IMG/VR virus record: IMGVR_UViG_3300020048_000023 | Location: 96,911 to 160,910 of that record | DNA length: 64,000 bases | Reading direction: 5' to 3' (one strand) | From: a virus | Shown: piece by piece, positions 1 to 9,926 of the stretch | Position numbering within the stretch: position 1 is the stretch's first letter | Layout: the number at the start of each line of letters is the position of its first letter | Translations under genes and position numbers: made by a program | Notes under the pieces: model-generated | What the model was told of the DNA's origin: nothing | What the model saw: the letters and a program-made list of their open reading frames with translations, nothing else | Database searches by the model: none

Positions 1-135
1 GTGTTTAGTGGTAACTCCAACTCCCTGTTCATAGAAACTCAATTTCAAAAGATATGGTTGCTTGATATTCAGGACATTATATTAATGGACGGTAATAAGC
101 TGGGCGTCAAATTCGAAAACTTCTTAATGTACTAA
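1..135 (+). CDS. hypothetical protein, 3' end (partial)
   Basis: Frame 1 open from the window edge to TAA at 133-135; next ATG at 139. Confidence 0.6.
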   Translation: MFSGNSNSLFIETQFQKIWLLDIQDIILMDGNKLGVKFENFLMY

Positions 136-138
136 GTT

Positions 139-552
139 ATGGCTGTTGCAAGGAACCCAAACTACTGCTATATTTGTGGTGAGTTGATTAAAGAACGCCA
201 CATTAATATGGGCAAACATTTCTGCGGCGATACATTTATTGGCTACGAGTCACACGTATGTAATCACACTACTGAAAAATTTAAGGAATGGACTGCCAAA
301 AGGGAAGCCTATAGGAATAGTCCAGAAGGTGAGAAGGAAACAGCCGACATTAAAAAAATGTGGGAAGGTATTAAGGTGCAAGCCGAAGCCAGAAAAACAT
401 ACAGGGATGTTTCTGCAAAAAAGGATACACAAATGGACAATCTTAACGAATTTCTTCGTGAGATTGCTGACAACGGCAAGGTAGGTATTCGCAGGAAACT
501 TGTCGCAATAAAAAGATATATTAAAAACTTGGATGGTAGCATTAATAAATAA
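139..552 (+). CDS. hypothetical protein with N-terminal Cys/His (Zn-binding?) motif
   Basis: 137 aa, CYIC...HFC...HVC. Confidence 0.7.
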   Translation: MAVARNPNYCYICGELIKERHINMGKHFCGDTFIGYESHVCNHTTEKFKEWTAKREAYRNSPEGEKETADIKKMWEGIKVQAEARKTYRDVSAKKDTQMDNLNEFLREIADNGKVGIRRKLVAIKRYIKNLDGSINK

Positions 553-1078
553 TGTTGATTACTTCTCTTGTAGGACTTCGTGTAATAGAGTACCAATTGG
601 AATAAAACTTTTAGCTGAGCGCAAGGATTACGTTTCTTGCAATTTGGATTACGGCGGCGGCAGATATGGCACCGCAACCAATTATCTGGAAGGATTCGGT
701 ATAGAGAACCACGTATACGACCCATACAACAGGTCAGCAGAACACAATACAGAGGCTCTGAGCCACGAATTTGACTCAGTGACACTATTGAACGTACTGA
801 ACGTGATAGAGAGCCCAGAAGAGCGCCTTGAGGTTATACGGGATGCATACAGTCGGCTCAAAGAAGGTGTAATGATCATCCAGATATACGAAGGTGATAA
901 AAGCGGGGTCGGTACAATCAGTAAGAAGCAAACATACCAAGGTAACCGTAAGACTGAGTTTTACGTGATCGAGGTTAAAATAGCTCTGGCTGGTGAGCTT
1001 AAAATATGGCACGTGGATTGGAAAAAGAAATTCATTATCATTAATAAGGGTAAATATGTTAAAAAGGTACAAGAATAA
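533..1078 (+). CDS. class I SAM-dependent methyltransferase-like protein
   Basis: LDYGGG motif I, YDPY, FDSVTLLNVLNVIE..ER; resembles the MTase domain of the DNA phosphorothioation-associated putative methyltransferase. Confidence 0.75.
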   Translation: MVALINNVDYFSCRTSCNRVPIGIKLLAERKDYVSCNLDYGGGRYGTATNYLEGFGIENHVYDPYNRSAEHNTEALSHEFDSVTLLNVLNVIESPEERLEVIRDAYSRLKEGVMIIQIYEGDKSGVGTISKKQTYQGNRKTEFYVIEVKIALAGELKIWHVDWKKKFIIINKGKYVKKVQE

Positions 1079-1511
1079 CGTGGGTAAATGTATAGGCGGT
1101 TGCCTATATTTTCATAAGGAATATGCTGAAAAACTTTACATGGATATCAGCAATCTTATTCGGGATGTTACCCCAGATTTTAATATCATTAAACTATCTT
1201 TATCCACGGCAGATATAACACTCCTTAATTCACCAGATTTTGATACATCGCCAGAACCATCAATTTTGGAATATTGGCATTATAGTTCAAACTCTGACCA
1301 ATGGAAGTACCATCGTTATAGCGAAGGCGATAATGCGCCCATATATCACCATAAGTGGATGTTTGTAATGGACGACTATTCTGGTTTCGATGTTGAAGAG
1401 TCCAAACAACGGTCAGCTTGGATTGAGTCATTACCAATTAAGCATTTAAGTATTGGTTATCAACGCCAATGGAAAGAAATTTTAGGAAAATTTGGTAGTT
1501 CGGAAAATTAG
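1056..1511 (+). CDS. protein resembling the C-terminal domain of the PT-associated putative methyltransferase
   Basis: GKCIGGCLYFH, PDFDTSPEP, DNAPIYHHKWMFV..DY, IGYQRQW; start corrected to ATG 1056. Confidence 0.6.
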   Translation: MLKRYKNNVGKCIGGCLYFHKEYAEKLYMDISNLIRDVTPDFNIIKLSLSTADITLLNSPDFDTSPEPSILEYWHYSSNSDQWKYHRYSEGDNAPIYHHKWMFVMDDYSGFDVEESKQRSAWIESLPIKHLSIGYQRQWKEILGKFGSSEN

Positions 1512-1542
1512 TTGTACATTTGCGGTTCAAATCTAAAATACT

Positions 1543-2256
1543 ATGCCGCTTATTACCAAAATACATAAGGCACCAGTTGGAGAGTTTACCATTAAATTCT
1601 CAACCCGACTCAACAAGTTTGAAATCGAGTACCCAACCGACAACCCAGAGGTATTGGCTCAGCTCAATAACCAAGTTATTAATCGTAACCATAATTTATT
1701 GAAGTGGAACGACGTTGAAGCTGAGATTCAGAGCATCATAGATCAATACCGCACCAAGATACTTATGACCCGCAAGGTTATCATAATCAGGCTACGGACT
1801 TCCGAGAGTAACTACGAATTTGAAAGTAAAAGAGAGTGGTTAGGAAAGACCACAACGGAGCAAAAACAATATGACCATCTGAATGACGTGGAAGGTTTTG
1901 CTCTTCAATGGTTCGTGGCAGAAGAATACCAGTACCCAAAGAAGGCAAACATACAAAGAAATGACTTGAGGTACAAGATCATTGAAACCAATAAAAATAA
2001 CAGCCGCAGTGGTTATTATTTGAACGGTAAACGGCATGATACTACCAACATATTACCGCAGTTGATGAATGACGACGATGGGTACGGAAGCCTACGTATA
2101 TTCACCTATACTGACGACCTATACCAATTCCTACAAGAAGTGCAGGAATCCATAGCTACAATGCTACACAAAATGATTGACTATTTCTCCGTCGATCCAC
2201 AAAAATTCTTGAATAACGTTGAACAAAAAATAAAATTACTCTCAGATGGAAAATAA
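1543..2256 (+). CDS. hypothetical protein
   Basis: 237 aa, first ORF after promoter 1491. Confidence 0.8.
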   Translation: MPLITKIHKAPVGEFTIKFSTRLNKFEIEYPTDNPEVLAQLNNQVINRNHNLLKWNDVEAEIQSIIDQYRTKILMTRKVIIIRLRTSESNYEFESKREWLGKTTTEQKQYDHLNDVEGFALQWFVAEEYQYPKKANIQRNDLRYKIIETNKNNSRSGYYLNGKRHDTTNILPQLMNDDDGYGSLRIFTYTDDLYQFLQEVQESIATMLHKMIDYFSVDPQKFLNNVEQKIKLLSDGK

Positions 2257-2542
2257 TGAAGATGCTAAGGATATGGAATACCTCGGCGAATACGCTGGCT
2301 ACCAATGCTGGAAGAATAGCGAAGGCTTTATAGAAGGGTACAAATCAATTGGCTTGGAAAATGTAACTGGTAAGTACTGTAGGCTGGCTAAGGATATGAC
2401 TCGGCTCGTTACAAAGACTAAAACCACCGCCGAATTTGTGGACGTTATTAAGGCAATGGAAGCTAAAGCCAAAACAGATAAAAAAGAAAAAAAATACAAC
2501 CCAAAAAAAATAGAAAACCAACTTAAACTCGAACTTTTATGA
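2246..2542 (+). CDS. hypothetical protein
   Basis: 98 aa, overlaps both neighbours. Confidence 0.75.
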   Translation: MENNEDAKDMEYLGEYAGYQCWKNSEGFIEGYKSIGLENVTGKYCRLAKDMTRLVTKTKTTAEFVDVIKAMEAKAKTDKKEKKYNPKKIENQLKLELL

Positions 2543-3366
2543 AAAAATCTACATTACTTACTGCCATAATTATTGCTTTCGTTAGCATCATCCTTGCGGT
2601 AATATTTGTTATTGTCACTTCGACATTAGCGCATTCTCAAACAACGTATCCATATAAGGCTGACAGACCTGGAATGGCTATTGGAGCCTACAACGTTGGC
2701 GTGCATCAAATGGATTATGAGTGCAGCGCCAACTATGGTAAGTATTTCGGGACAACCACTACGTCAATAACCAATCAATTCAGGTATGGTGCGTTTGATC
2801 ATTTGGAATTTAGGGGTGGTTTTAACATCCAGCATAGCGACTATTCAAACGTAGCTGGCATTTCCAATATAAATCTTGGCGCTAAGATACCTATTATACG
2901 TGATACAGCGGCATTTCCAGCTATCTCAATAACTGGCGGTGTTGTATTACCGCAAGCTGGTAGACCCGAATTTACTATTGATAGCTATCTAAAATATGCG
3001 GCAATTAGTTTGCAAAAATCTTTTGGAAGCGTCATACTAATAGGTAATATTGGCATAATGTCTGACGCCCATATTCCTGATGGGAGTTACTTAGTAAACC
3101 CTAACACCATAAATCATAAAGCTCAAGGCACTTATGCCTTGGCTGTGTATAAATACTACGGCAATATAGGTGTCTTTATTGAAACCTATGGGTACTATGG
3201 TGCAGGTTCGTCGGAACCATACGAAGCGTTTGATCTTGGATTGGCTATAGTGATAAAAGATAATGTAAGCGTCGATATGTCATTTGGGGCTTCTTATGCA
3301 GATGGACTTGATATTTCATTTTGTAACTGGGGTGTGGGCTGGCTCATACCCAATAAAAATAAGTAA
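2539..3366 (+). CDS. outer-membrane beta-barrel protein (Phenol_MetA_deg / transporter-like)
   Basis: Signal/TM N-terminus, ADRPG motif, alternating amphipathic strands, terminal WGVGW. Confidence 0.65.
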   Translation: MKKSTLLTAIIIAFVSIILAVIFVIVTSTLAHSQTTYPYKADRPGMAIGAYNVGVHQMDYECSANYGKYFGTTTTSITNQFRYGAFDHLEFRGGFNIQHSDYSNVAGISNINLGAKIPIIRDTAAFPAISITGGVVLPQAGRPEFTIDSYLKYAAISLQKSFGSVILIGNIGIMSDAHIPDGSYLVNPNTINHKAQGTYALAVYKYYGNIGVFIETYGYYGAGSSEPYEAFDLGLAIVIKDNVSVDMSFGASYADGLDISFCNWGVGWLIPNKNK

Positions 3367-3369
3367 TAT

Positions 3370-3717
3370 ATGAGTAGAGTAATAAAAGGATGGCTCAGTG
3401 GGTGGTTATATAGCCGCCTAAGAGCTCGGTACATACAGAAAATGTTGTACTACAAGAAGATTGCCGACTATAACCTGTACAGGCATAATGAAGCGGTCAA
3501 CAACTACAAGAGTAAATGTGACAACAGAGCCTCTTTAAATAGTGAACAGAGCGAAGCTATGGGTTTTTTCATAGCCGACGAATGCGCTGATATGGCGGCA
3601 AAGAACTATAATGAAAATTGGGATTTGTACATCAAATTCAAGAACAAACTCGACGTTCTGGATTACGAAGATGAACTACTCAAATTAACAATAAATAACA
3701 CTAACACCGAATCATAA
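3370..3717 (+). CDS. hypothetical protein
   Basis: 115 aa, operon-packed. Confidence 0.7.
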   Translation: MSRVIKGWLSGWLYSRLRARYIQKMLYYKKIADYNLYRHNEAVNNYKSKCDNRASLNSEQSEAMGFFIADECADMAAKNYNENWDLYIKFKNKLDVLDYEDELLKLTINNTNTES

Positions 3718-3995
3718 TGAGAGGAATTAGCTTAGTAAGTAAAATGGTCGGGGCGTTGCTTCTGGCTACTGTATATATCCTATTCTGGGCGCTAATTATA
3801 GGCTTTCCAGTAATGTGGGTGTGGAATTGGATTATGCCTTACCTGTTCCAGTTGCCGCATATCAACTTCTGGCAGTCGTGGGGTATCTTATTTCTATCGG
3901 CGTCGCTATTCAAATCGAACACGTTTACACAGAAGCCAAAGGAACCTGCGAAGGATAAAGATAAGTATCAGCCGACGATGAAAGTGGTCGATTAA
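3717..3995 (+). CDS. small membrane protein
   Basis: Hydrophobic, WNWIMP..F.LP.INFWQ motif common in phage membrane proteins. Confidence 0.75.
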   Translation: MRGISLVSKMVGALLLATVYILFWALIIGFPVMWVWNWIMPYLFQLPHINFWQSWGILFLSASLFKSNTFTQKPKEPAKDKDKYQPTMKVVD

Positions 3996-4164
3996 ACTTC
4001 TGTTCAATCTGGCGCCAGCGTTCTTTACTTTTTTCAGGGTATTTTACGCGTTCATAGATAAGCATGCCAGTATGACCTAACACGAACACGCCAAAAATAA
4101 TACTGAATATGATGCTCAGGATAACAAGAAACCTGTAAGTTTTATCATAACATTTGTCTGCCAT
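3925..4164 (-). CDS. small single-TM protein
   Basis: 79 aa with TM; AAGCT-ATG context and TATTTATA motif 11 nt upstream. Confidence 0.55.
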   Translation of the reverse strand: MADKCYDKTYRFLVILSIIFSIIFGVFVLGHTGMLIYERVKYPEKSKERWRQIEQKFNRPLSSSADTYLYPSQVPLASV

Positions 4165-4259
4165 AGCTTTTTATTTATAAATATTAGAAAAGCCTTGGTT
4201 ATTGCCGATCTTATGTGTATATTTGCGGCATAAAATAAAATACTAAAAAAAATAACATT

Positions 4260-4469
4260 ATGATTTCAAAACCAACCGAATTTACAGACCTCGCCAATGG
4301 GCGCTATAAAGGATCATGGTCAGGTCGTAAGGTAGTTGTGTATATGCCAGACGGCATGACCAGCGAACTTTACGTAAGGGATGGTGTGCACGGCATCAAT
4401 GTTCCATGCAAGGTAACTGCAATAGACAACGATGTAACGGTTGAAACTCTCGACCCTAGCATCACCTAA
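4260..4469 (+). CDS. hypothetical protein
   Basis: 69 aa after promoter 4194. Confidence 0.75.
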   Translation: MISKPTEFTDLANGRYKGSWSGRKVVVYMPDGMTSELYVRDGVHGINVPCKVTAIDNDVTVETLDPSIT

Positions 4470-4480
4470 TAAAACATATT

Positions 4481-5035
4481 ATGGCTACTCTAATACCAGT
4501 AGACAAACATGGATGGCTCGACTACCAAGGTAAAATATACCTTATCAGAATTTACAAAGAGTCTGGTAAAGAGCCTGGTAACAAAGCCGATTTCCAATTC
4601 GATGGAACGCTATGCAAACAAGGCTCCGTAGGGGGCTTTGTTGTTGCAAGCTTCGAAAGTAAAAACAAGTATTTCAATTCCAACTACTGGTATAAGAAAA
4701 CCGCTTGGGGTAAAGATTACCCCGAGAAGGTGTACTTCAAAACCAACAAGCGTGATCTGTATACTTATTTCGAAAAAACAGGTAAAGCGTGCGAGGATGG
4801 GTTGAAGCGTTACGAAGCTCTGTGGGCAAAAGAACAGGCAGAAGCCGACGCACAAGCCCGACCAGCCGAAAACATACTCAAATCTATCATCAGAGCTGCT
4901 GTAAAAGCCAGCGGTATTAATCTAATGTTTCCATATAAGGATACTGCATATGGTAACAATTGGTATGAAGCCTACGTTCCGTTAATGGACGAAAAGGGTA
5001 TCCGATATTTGCTCACTTGGGAAAATTGCGATTGA
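4481..5035 (+). CDS. hypothetical protein
   Basis: 184 aa. Confidence 0.8.
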   Translation: MATLIPVDKHGWLDYQGKIYLIRIYKESGKEPGNKADFQFDGTLCKQGSVGGFVVASFESKNKYFNSNYWYKKTAWGKDYPEKVYFKTNKRDLYTYFEKTGKACEDGLKRYEALWAKEQAEADAQARPAENILKSIIRAAVKASGINLMFPYKDTAYGNNWYEAYVPLMDEKGIRYLLTWENCD

Positions 5036-5036
5036 T

Positions 5037-5315
5037 ATGAAACCAGAATGGAAAACGATCAGGGAACACGGCGTACCAGAAAATGGTAGAGCCGTGATGT
5101 TTTTTGACGAGTATGGAAAACAGTTTATCGGGTTCTTCCAGCTACGTTCAAGCGGTCAATATATAGGCTCCGTATTCGTGGAAGCCAGACGGAAGAATGA
5201 AACCAACGGTATGTTCGGTTCATACGTCCACAAATGGAACACAGTAAGAGCCAAAGATAATGTCAAGGAACTGGAAGAAACAATTAAAAAATGGGATTAC
5301 TTACCAACGGAATAA
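5037..5315 (+). CDS. hypothetical protein
   Basis: 92 aa, operon-packed. Confidence 0.75.
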   Translation: MKPEWKTIREHGVPENGRAVMFFDEYGKQFIGFFQLRSSGQYIGSVFVEARRKNETNGMFGSYVHKWNTVRAKDNVKELEETIKKWDYLPTE

Positions 5316-5316
5316 T

Positions 5317-5751
5317 ATGATAATAAAGAAGCTTAATAAAAAGGAAATTCTGGGGTGGATTAATGCTAACATACCAGCCAGCGTAGAAGTTGATTTGAAT
5401 CTGTCACAAATATTTAATAAATTTCAGAACGAAGTTTATAAGCATAATTTGGTGCCAAAGGAAATTGTTGGTAGTATTAAATGCTCGGAGTGCGGCACAG
5501 TTCATAAAACTAATAATATAGACTTATTGGAGCTTGAACATTATGTACCACCGAGAGGTTGCACAGATGGTGATTACTGGGAGCACGAAGAGTTTTTTAT
5601 TCTATGTAAAGGTTGTGGGTTCGCCCTGACCATACCTAAAGACGTAAGATATTTATTGCCAGCAACATCGGCTAAAACTATCCATTTGGAGCGCGGGTGC
5701 TCCTATTATCACCGTCAATGCAAAATCAAGTACAAAACAATATACATATGA
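5317..5751 (+). CDS. Zn-ribbon hypothetical protein
   Basis: CSECG...CKGCG; start corrected to 5317. Confidence 0.75.
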   Translation: MIIKKLNKKEILGWINANIPASVEVDLNLSQIFNKFQNEVYKHNLVPKEIVGSIKCSECGTVHKTNNIDLLELEHYVPPRGCTDGDYWEHEEFFILCKGCGFALTIPKDVRYLLPATSAKTIHLERGCSYYHRQCKIKYKTIYI

Positions 5752-5921
5752 AAATGACCAAATATACCAAGGAAATGCTTTTGCTAACCTTGACCAGAAT
5801 ACAATACATCCCCAAAACTTTGTCCGATGAATCTCGCTTACAGGAGTTTCTGCACCTTATCGACGCTGGCGGATTCGTTATAGAAGAAAAACCTAAAACC
5901 CCTAAGTCTACCGAAAAATAA
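5748..5921 (+). CDS. hypothetical protein
   Basis: ATGA overlap with the upstream stop; ends at promoter 5923. Confidence 0.65.
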   Translation: MKMTKYTKEMLLLTLTRIQYIPKTLSDESRLQEFLHLIDAGGFVIEEKPKTPKSTEK

Positions 5922-5978
5922 ATTTGGTGGTTTAAAATTTTAGTTGTATATTTGCCGTGAACTTTTAAACAGACCACG

Positions 5979-6590
5979 ATGCGACGATTAAAAAGGGGTG
6001 AAGAGCCTACAACATTACCTCAGATATTTATGGATAAACTGAATGAAGGCGGTCAGCCTATTCACGCAGTCTATCATTCCTTGTTTAGTATGCTTACAGA
6101 GCAAATGCTGTTTGAAAGCTTACTTCCTTACTATGAGTATTGGTCTGGATTTTATCGTGGCGATAATGCTCAATGGTATAAAGATAATTGGTTTAAGGCA
6201 TTTCATAAATCAATTCGCCAGTTCGACTATTTTAATGGTTGCTCTTTTAGCTACGATAATCCAGAATTTACTGAGGATGAACGAATAGAGGTTAAAAACC
6301 TATGGGCTCAATACCAGAAAATAGTATTTACAATTCCCGAAGACAACGCCCTATCCACTTCCGAAAATGTGGCTAAATGGCGTGACGCTTGGAAAGAACA
6401 GTTACCTGTAGAATATGACCGCTACCAAGTGCTTATAAAGAAGCGCAATATTAAGATTAATGAAGATATAAGTGGCAACTTGGATAGCGTCCTGTGGAAC
6501 CTTATTCACGTTGACATAAACAACATACTGATGCATACAATGTCGCAGTCATTTTTAATTTACCAACACAAATTAACCGATGGAAAATAA
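5979..6590 (+). CDS. hypothetical protein
   Basis: 203 aa after promoter 5923. Confidence 0.8.
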   Translation: MRRLKRGEEPTTLPQIFMDKLNEGGQPIHAVYHSLFSMLTEQMLFESLLPYYEYWSGFYRGDNAQWYKDNWFKAFHKSIRQFDYFNGCSFSYDNPEFTEDERIEVKNLWAQYQKIVFTIPEDNALSTSENVAKWRDAWKEQLPVEYDRYQVLIKKRNIKINEDISGNLDSVLWNLIHVDINNILMHTMSQSFLIYQHKLTDGK

Positions 6591-6714
6591 AGAAGTTAAA
6601 CATAAACACAGCATTGAGCTGGGCGATAATCTTACTTACCTGTTATGGGTATTGGTTGTGGCTGGATTTCTTTTCGGAATGTCTTACTTCCACTTGTGGG
6701 ATGGATTAAAATAA
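6580..6714 (+). CDS. 44-aa single-TM microprotein
   Basis: Not in ORF track; MENKEVKHKHSIELGDNLTYLLWVLVVAGFLFGMSYFHLWDGLK fills the gap. Confidence 0.65.
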   Translation: MENKEVKHKHSIELGDNLTYLLWVLVVAGFLFGMSYFHLWDGLK

Positions 6715-6717
6715 GCT

Positions 6718-7110
6718 ATGGAAAACTGTCAATTTGTTAAGGATTGTATAGCCCTGAAAGTGGGCGAGTCGATACAGCTACCGACGCTTAGCTTCGATGA
6801 ACTGTTCAACCTGAAATACCCAGCCGAGGCTACGGAAGACCCTATGCAGTTATTTTTGTTCAGTAAGTTCCGCATCACAGCCGAAACTGCCACGGATAAC
6901 GAAATGCGCCGTTGGAACGGTAAGGATTCAAGAAAGGATGAAAACTTCATTCGACACATATGCCCAGCTGGTACCACGGTACTGGTATGGATGGTATCAC
7001 GCTTCGGCGACGTAGGCGTAACCAATATACTGGTCGATGCTGTGGGTTACGATACAAGAATTGATCAAAGTACACTTATTAATTGGGTTATAACCCGCAA
7101 AGAAGATTAA
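6718..7110 (+). CDS. hypothetical protein
   Basis: 130 aa, MVSRFGDVGVT motif. Confidence 0.75.
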   Translation: MENCQFVKDCIALKVGESIQLPTLSFDELFNLKYPAEATEDPMQLFLFSKFRITAETATDNEMRRWNGKDSRKDENFIRHICPAGTTVLVWMVSRFGDVGVTNILVDAVGYDTRIDQSTLINWVITRKED

Positions 7111-7111
7111 A

Positions 7112-7528
7112 ATGAAACAGCTACACTACAACCTGAGAGCTAAAGATGCTGGCGACCCTGACTCAAAGGCTTGGCTCGAAGAAATGACCTATTGGGTCGA
7201 AGATAATGTAACCGCCGAACAGCACGGGCGTGAAATAGTAAAACGTTTTAACGAAACGTTGAAGCCTTACGAGAAACCGCGTGAGTTCGTTGACGCCATA
7301 GAGCCAATGACAGAGAACTTCGTTAAGAACCCGAGAGCCGTAAACGCCCCAAAGCCAGCCAATCTGATGCACCAATGGGAGAAGACCAGCCTCGTTACCG
7401 AAAAAGGTGGCTATGATAAAATGACCTGCAAAGTATGTGGAGCCAAGGGTAAACGCTTTGGTATGGGTCAGTTTGGCGTAAAAGCTGACAGGAAAACTCA
7501 GGTATATTGTAAAGGTCAAAAGAAATAA
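7112..7528 (+). CDS. hypothetical protein with C-terminal Zn-ribbon-like motif
   Basis: HQWEKT...CKVCG. Confidence 0.75.
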   Translation: MKQLHYNLRAKDAGDPDSKAWLEEMTYWVEDNVTAEQHGREIVKRFNETLKPYEKPREFVDAIEPMTENFVKNPRAVNAPKPANLMHQWEKTSLVTEKGGYDKMTCKVCGAKGKRFGMGQFGVKADRKTQVYCKGQKK

Positions 7529-7529
7529 T

Positions 7530-7988
7530 ATGCGTAAATTACTATTCGTATTACTATTGACTGTGGGGATGGTCACTTGTGATGATGAACCTACTTATGA
7601 ACCATTTATAGGTAAATGGGTTCCTGACCAAGATACGTATTATCCTAAAGAGCCTAACATTATTTATTATGGCTTTTTTAAGGATAGCGTTAGGACAACC
7701 AGACGCATATCTTACATTGATACGGTATACATTGTTATATCAGATGCGCCGTCTGTTTCGACTGGCGCCCATTTAAAGAACAATTCTTTAATATATAACA
7801 ACTTCTGGACTAAAAATAACCCGATCACCCAAAACTGCTCGACAGATTCTATTGTTTTTTATGACGTATCAAGTAAAATACTTGGCGATACTATGGTTGA
7901 AACAGGTAGCTATACTGTGTACGTAAATGGAATTGAACAGGATAGGGGCGTCAATTACTATATTGCCAAATTTGTAAAACGAAAATAA
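7530..7988 (+). CDS. putative lipoprotein
   Basis: Signal peptide ending VTC, then DDE and FIGKW (Bacteroidota lipoprotein-like). Confidence 0.7.
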   Translation: MRKLLFVLLLTVGMVTCDDEPTYEPFIGKWVPDQDTYYPKEPNIIYYGFFKDSVRTTRRISYIDTVYIVISDAPSVSTGAHLKNNSLIYNNFWTKNNPITQNCSTDSIVFYDVSSKILGDTMVETGSYTVYVNGIEQDRGVNYYIAKFVKRK

Positions 7989-7989
7989 T

Positions 7990-8502
7990 ATGAAAAACTT
8001 AGCAGGAGTAAAAGAATGCAACAGCGTGTTAGCCGAAGAGCTACTAAGTGCTGGCGCCGAATTGGTTGAGGTCGAGAAGACCCGCAGTGAAGTACCTTAC
8101 ACCTACATAGGCAAAGTAGGCGATTGGACTCTTACCAGAGCTTGGTACTACTGGATGGCTAATACCGAAGGTAAAGGTCTTCCGCTGGCAGTTGCCGAGG
8201 TTATGCACAACAAGCCTTATCCAAAGGCGTTATGTGAAGGTCACGAAATGGTCTATGGCGACCAGATTCGCGTCGCTGGACATTGCGGGTGCCCGTCCCC
8301 AAACGAATGGGCATTTCCTGATGATAATACACTAATACAACAGCTTAAAGAAAAGGGTATTACCGACGACACATATGGAAATATAGCTAAGTTGCTTGAC
8401 GAGGGTGTGCTTACTGGTAAACGTTTTGTGAAAAACTATCATATTGATTCGCAGGAAGGATTGAACGAGTTCGTAAGGGTTATCAAATCATTAAATCCAT
8501 AA
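7990..8502 (+). CDS. hypothetical protein
   Basis: 170 aa, RAWYYW, GHCGCP, YHIDSQEGL motifs. Confidence 0.8.
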   Translation: MKNLAGVKECNSVLAEELLSAGAELVEVEKTRSEVPYTYIGKVGDWTLTRAWYYWMANTEGKGLPLAVAEVMHNKPYPKALCEGHEMVYGDQIRVAGHCGCPSPNEWAFPDDNTLIQQLKEKGITDDTYGNIAKLLDEGVLTGKRFVKNYHIDSQEGLNEFVRVIKSLNP

Positions 8503-8505
8503 GCT

Positions 8506-8760
8506 ATGAATATAATCAATAGTAGTGCACCCATTATAGTAAACCCTAATGGTGTAAAACACGAAAACTACCCTATTAATACTGATCATATTGTATACAT
8601 GGCTAAAGTGTATTTTAGCCGTTCAGAGATATGGAAGGAAGTCTGGGGTATTCGTTTTATGCTCACAAAAGGTGAAGTAGACTGGCGGTACGATAACGAA
8701 CTAACCAGAGATAATAGGTTTGCAGAGATACTACAGTACCTTGGGACAAAACTTTTTTAA
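8506..8760 (+). CDS. hypothetical protein
   Basis: 84 aa. Confidence 0.7.
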   Translation: MNIINSSAPIIVNPNGVKHENYPINTDHIVYMAKVYFSRSEIWKEVWGIRFMLTKGEVDWRYDNELTRDNRFAEILQYLGTKLF

Positions 8761-8840
8761 ATAAAAATTTGGTAGTGTCAAAAATTAGTTCTATATTTGC
8801 GGCATAATTCAAATCATAACAAACTAAAACCAACAAAACA

Positions 8841-9413
8841 ATGAGAAAAATTCTTGGACTGTTACTGGTAATGTCAATGTTCGTATTAATGTCCAACTCG
8901 GGCTGTGAACCTGACAAAGAAACAACAACAAGCAGCGGTGTAAAACGCGCCACTGTAAAAGTACAAACGAATGCCGATGGTACTACCGTTGAGCAGGGTA
9001 AAATTGCCGATAGGATTACGAATGACAATAAACCTGGCGCTATTAAGTACCTGTACTGTATTTCGCCGTATTCGGGTCAGTGTATTATCTATTCAACCGT
9101 GGCAGGTAAGGTAACCAGTTCGGGTAAACGTTTACAACCTAAAACTGTTATCGGTAGGGGTAATGACGTTAACGTAACTGACTACGACGACAATGTTGTT
9201 TATATAGGTAATAAGCAATTTTTAACCAGCGAAGTTATACAGGACGACGGTACATTCGGCGATTCAGACCCGTACATTTATTGGTGGGACGTTCGCGGGG
9301 TTTATCACCAGCACTTTATGACAGGCGGACAGATACTACACATTTCGGATGCCCCGCTCGCCGTGAAATCAATTGTTATAAACATCGAAGAACTTGCTAA
9401 AGATGCGAACTAA
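8841..9413 (+). CDS. putative lipoprotein
   Basis: Lipobox SGC; GKVTSSGKRL and DGTFG..DPYIYW motifs; after promoter 8768. Confidence 0.75.
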   Translation: MRKILGLLLVMSMFVLMSNSGCEPDKETTTSSGVKRATVKVQTNADGTTVEQGKIADRITNDNKPGAIKYLYCISPYSGQCIIYSTVAGKVTSSGKRLQPKTVIGRGNDVNVTDYDDNVVYIGNKQFLTSEVIQDDGTFGDSDPYIYWWDVRGVYHQHFMTGGQILHISDAPLAVKSIVINIEELAKDAN

Positions 9414-9849
9414 ATTCACACTCCTGCTGGCAACCGCATTGCTATGCGCTGTTGCCCTTACATCGTGCCGCTATGCCAATGATGCCTCGGACACGCTGTA
9501 CAATGAAACCAAAGCTTCCACGCTACTCAAAAAGTACGAATACTTTAAGGACGTAGCCGCAGCATTGGACGCCAAAGTAGCCAGCATTCAGTTGCTTGAA
9601 GGTAAGGTGAACCAAATGAAAAAGGATTATGACGGTAAACCACGCTCCGAGTGGGCGCGGGAAGATCGGGAACAGAATAACCTTAATCAGGAAGAACTGG
9701 CTGGCTTAAAAATGTCCTACAATACATTGGCTGGGGAATATAATTCTGCAATGAGCAAAATGAATTATGCTTTTTGTAATGTTGGCGAGCTACCGCAAGG
9801 CGCCACTAAACCATTACCCCGCGAATTTAAGCCATATATAACCGAGTAA
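9403..9849 (+). CDS. putative coiled-coil lipoprotein
   Basis: Lipobox LTSC, KYEYF, helical; start corrected to 9403. Confidence 0.75.
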   Translation: MRTKFTLLLATALLCAVALTSCRYANDASDTLYNETKASTLLKKYEYFKDVAAALDAKVASIQLLEGKVNQMKKDYDGKPRSEWAREDREQNNLNQEELAGLKMSYNTLAGEYNSAMSKMNYAFCNVGELPQGATKPLPREFKPYITE

Positions 9850-9926
9850 TATTTATTTTCATACAAAATTGACTTTTGCCATTTATGTTTATATATATAA
9901 ATATAATATGGCAAAAGTCAATTTCT

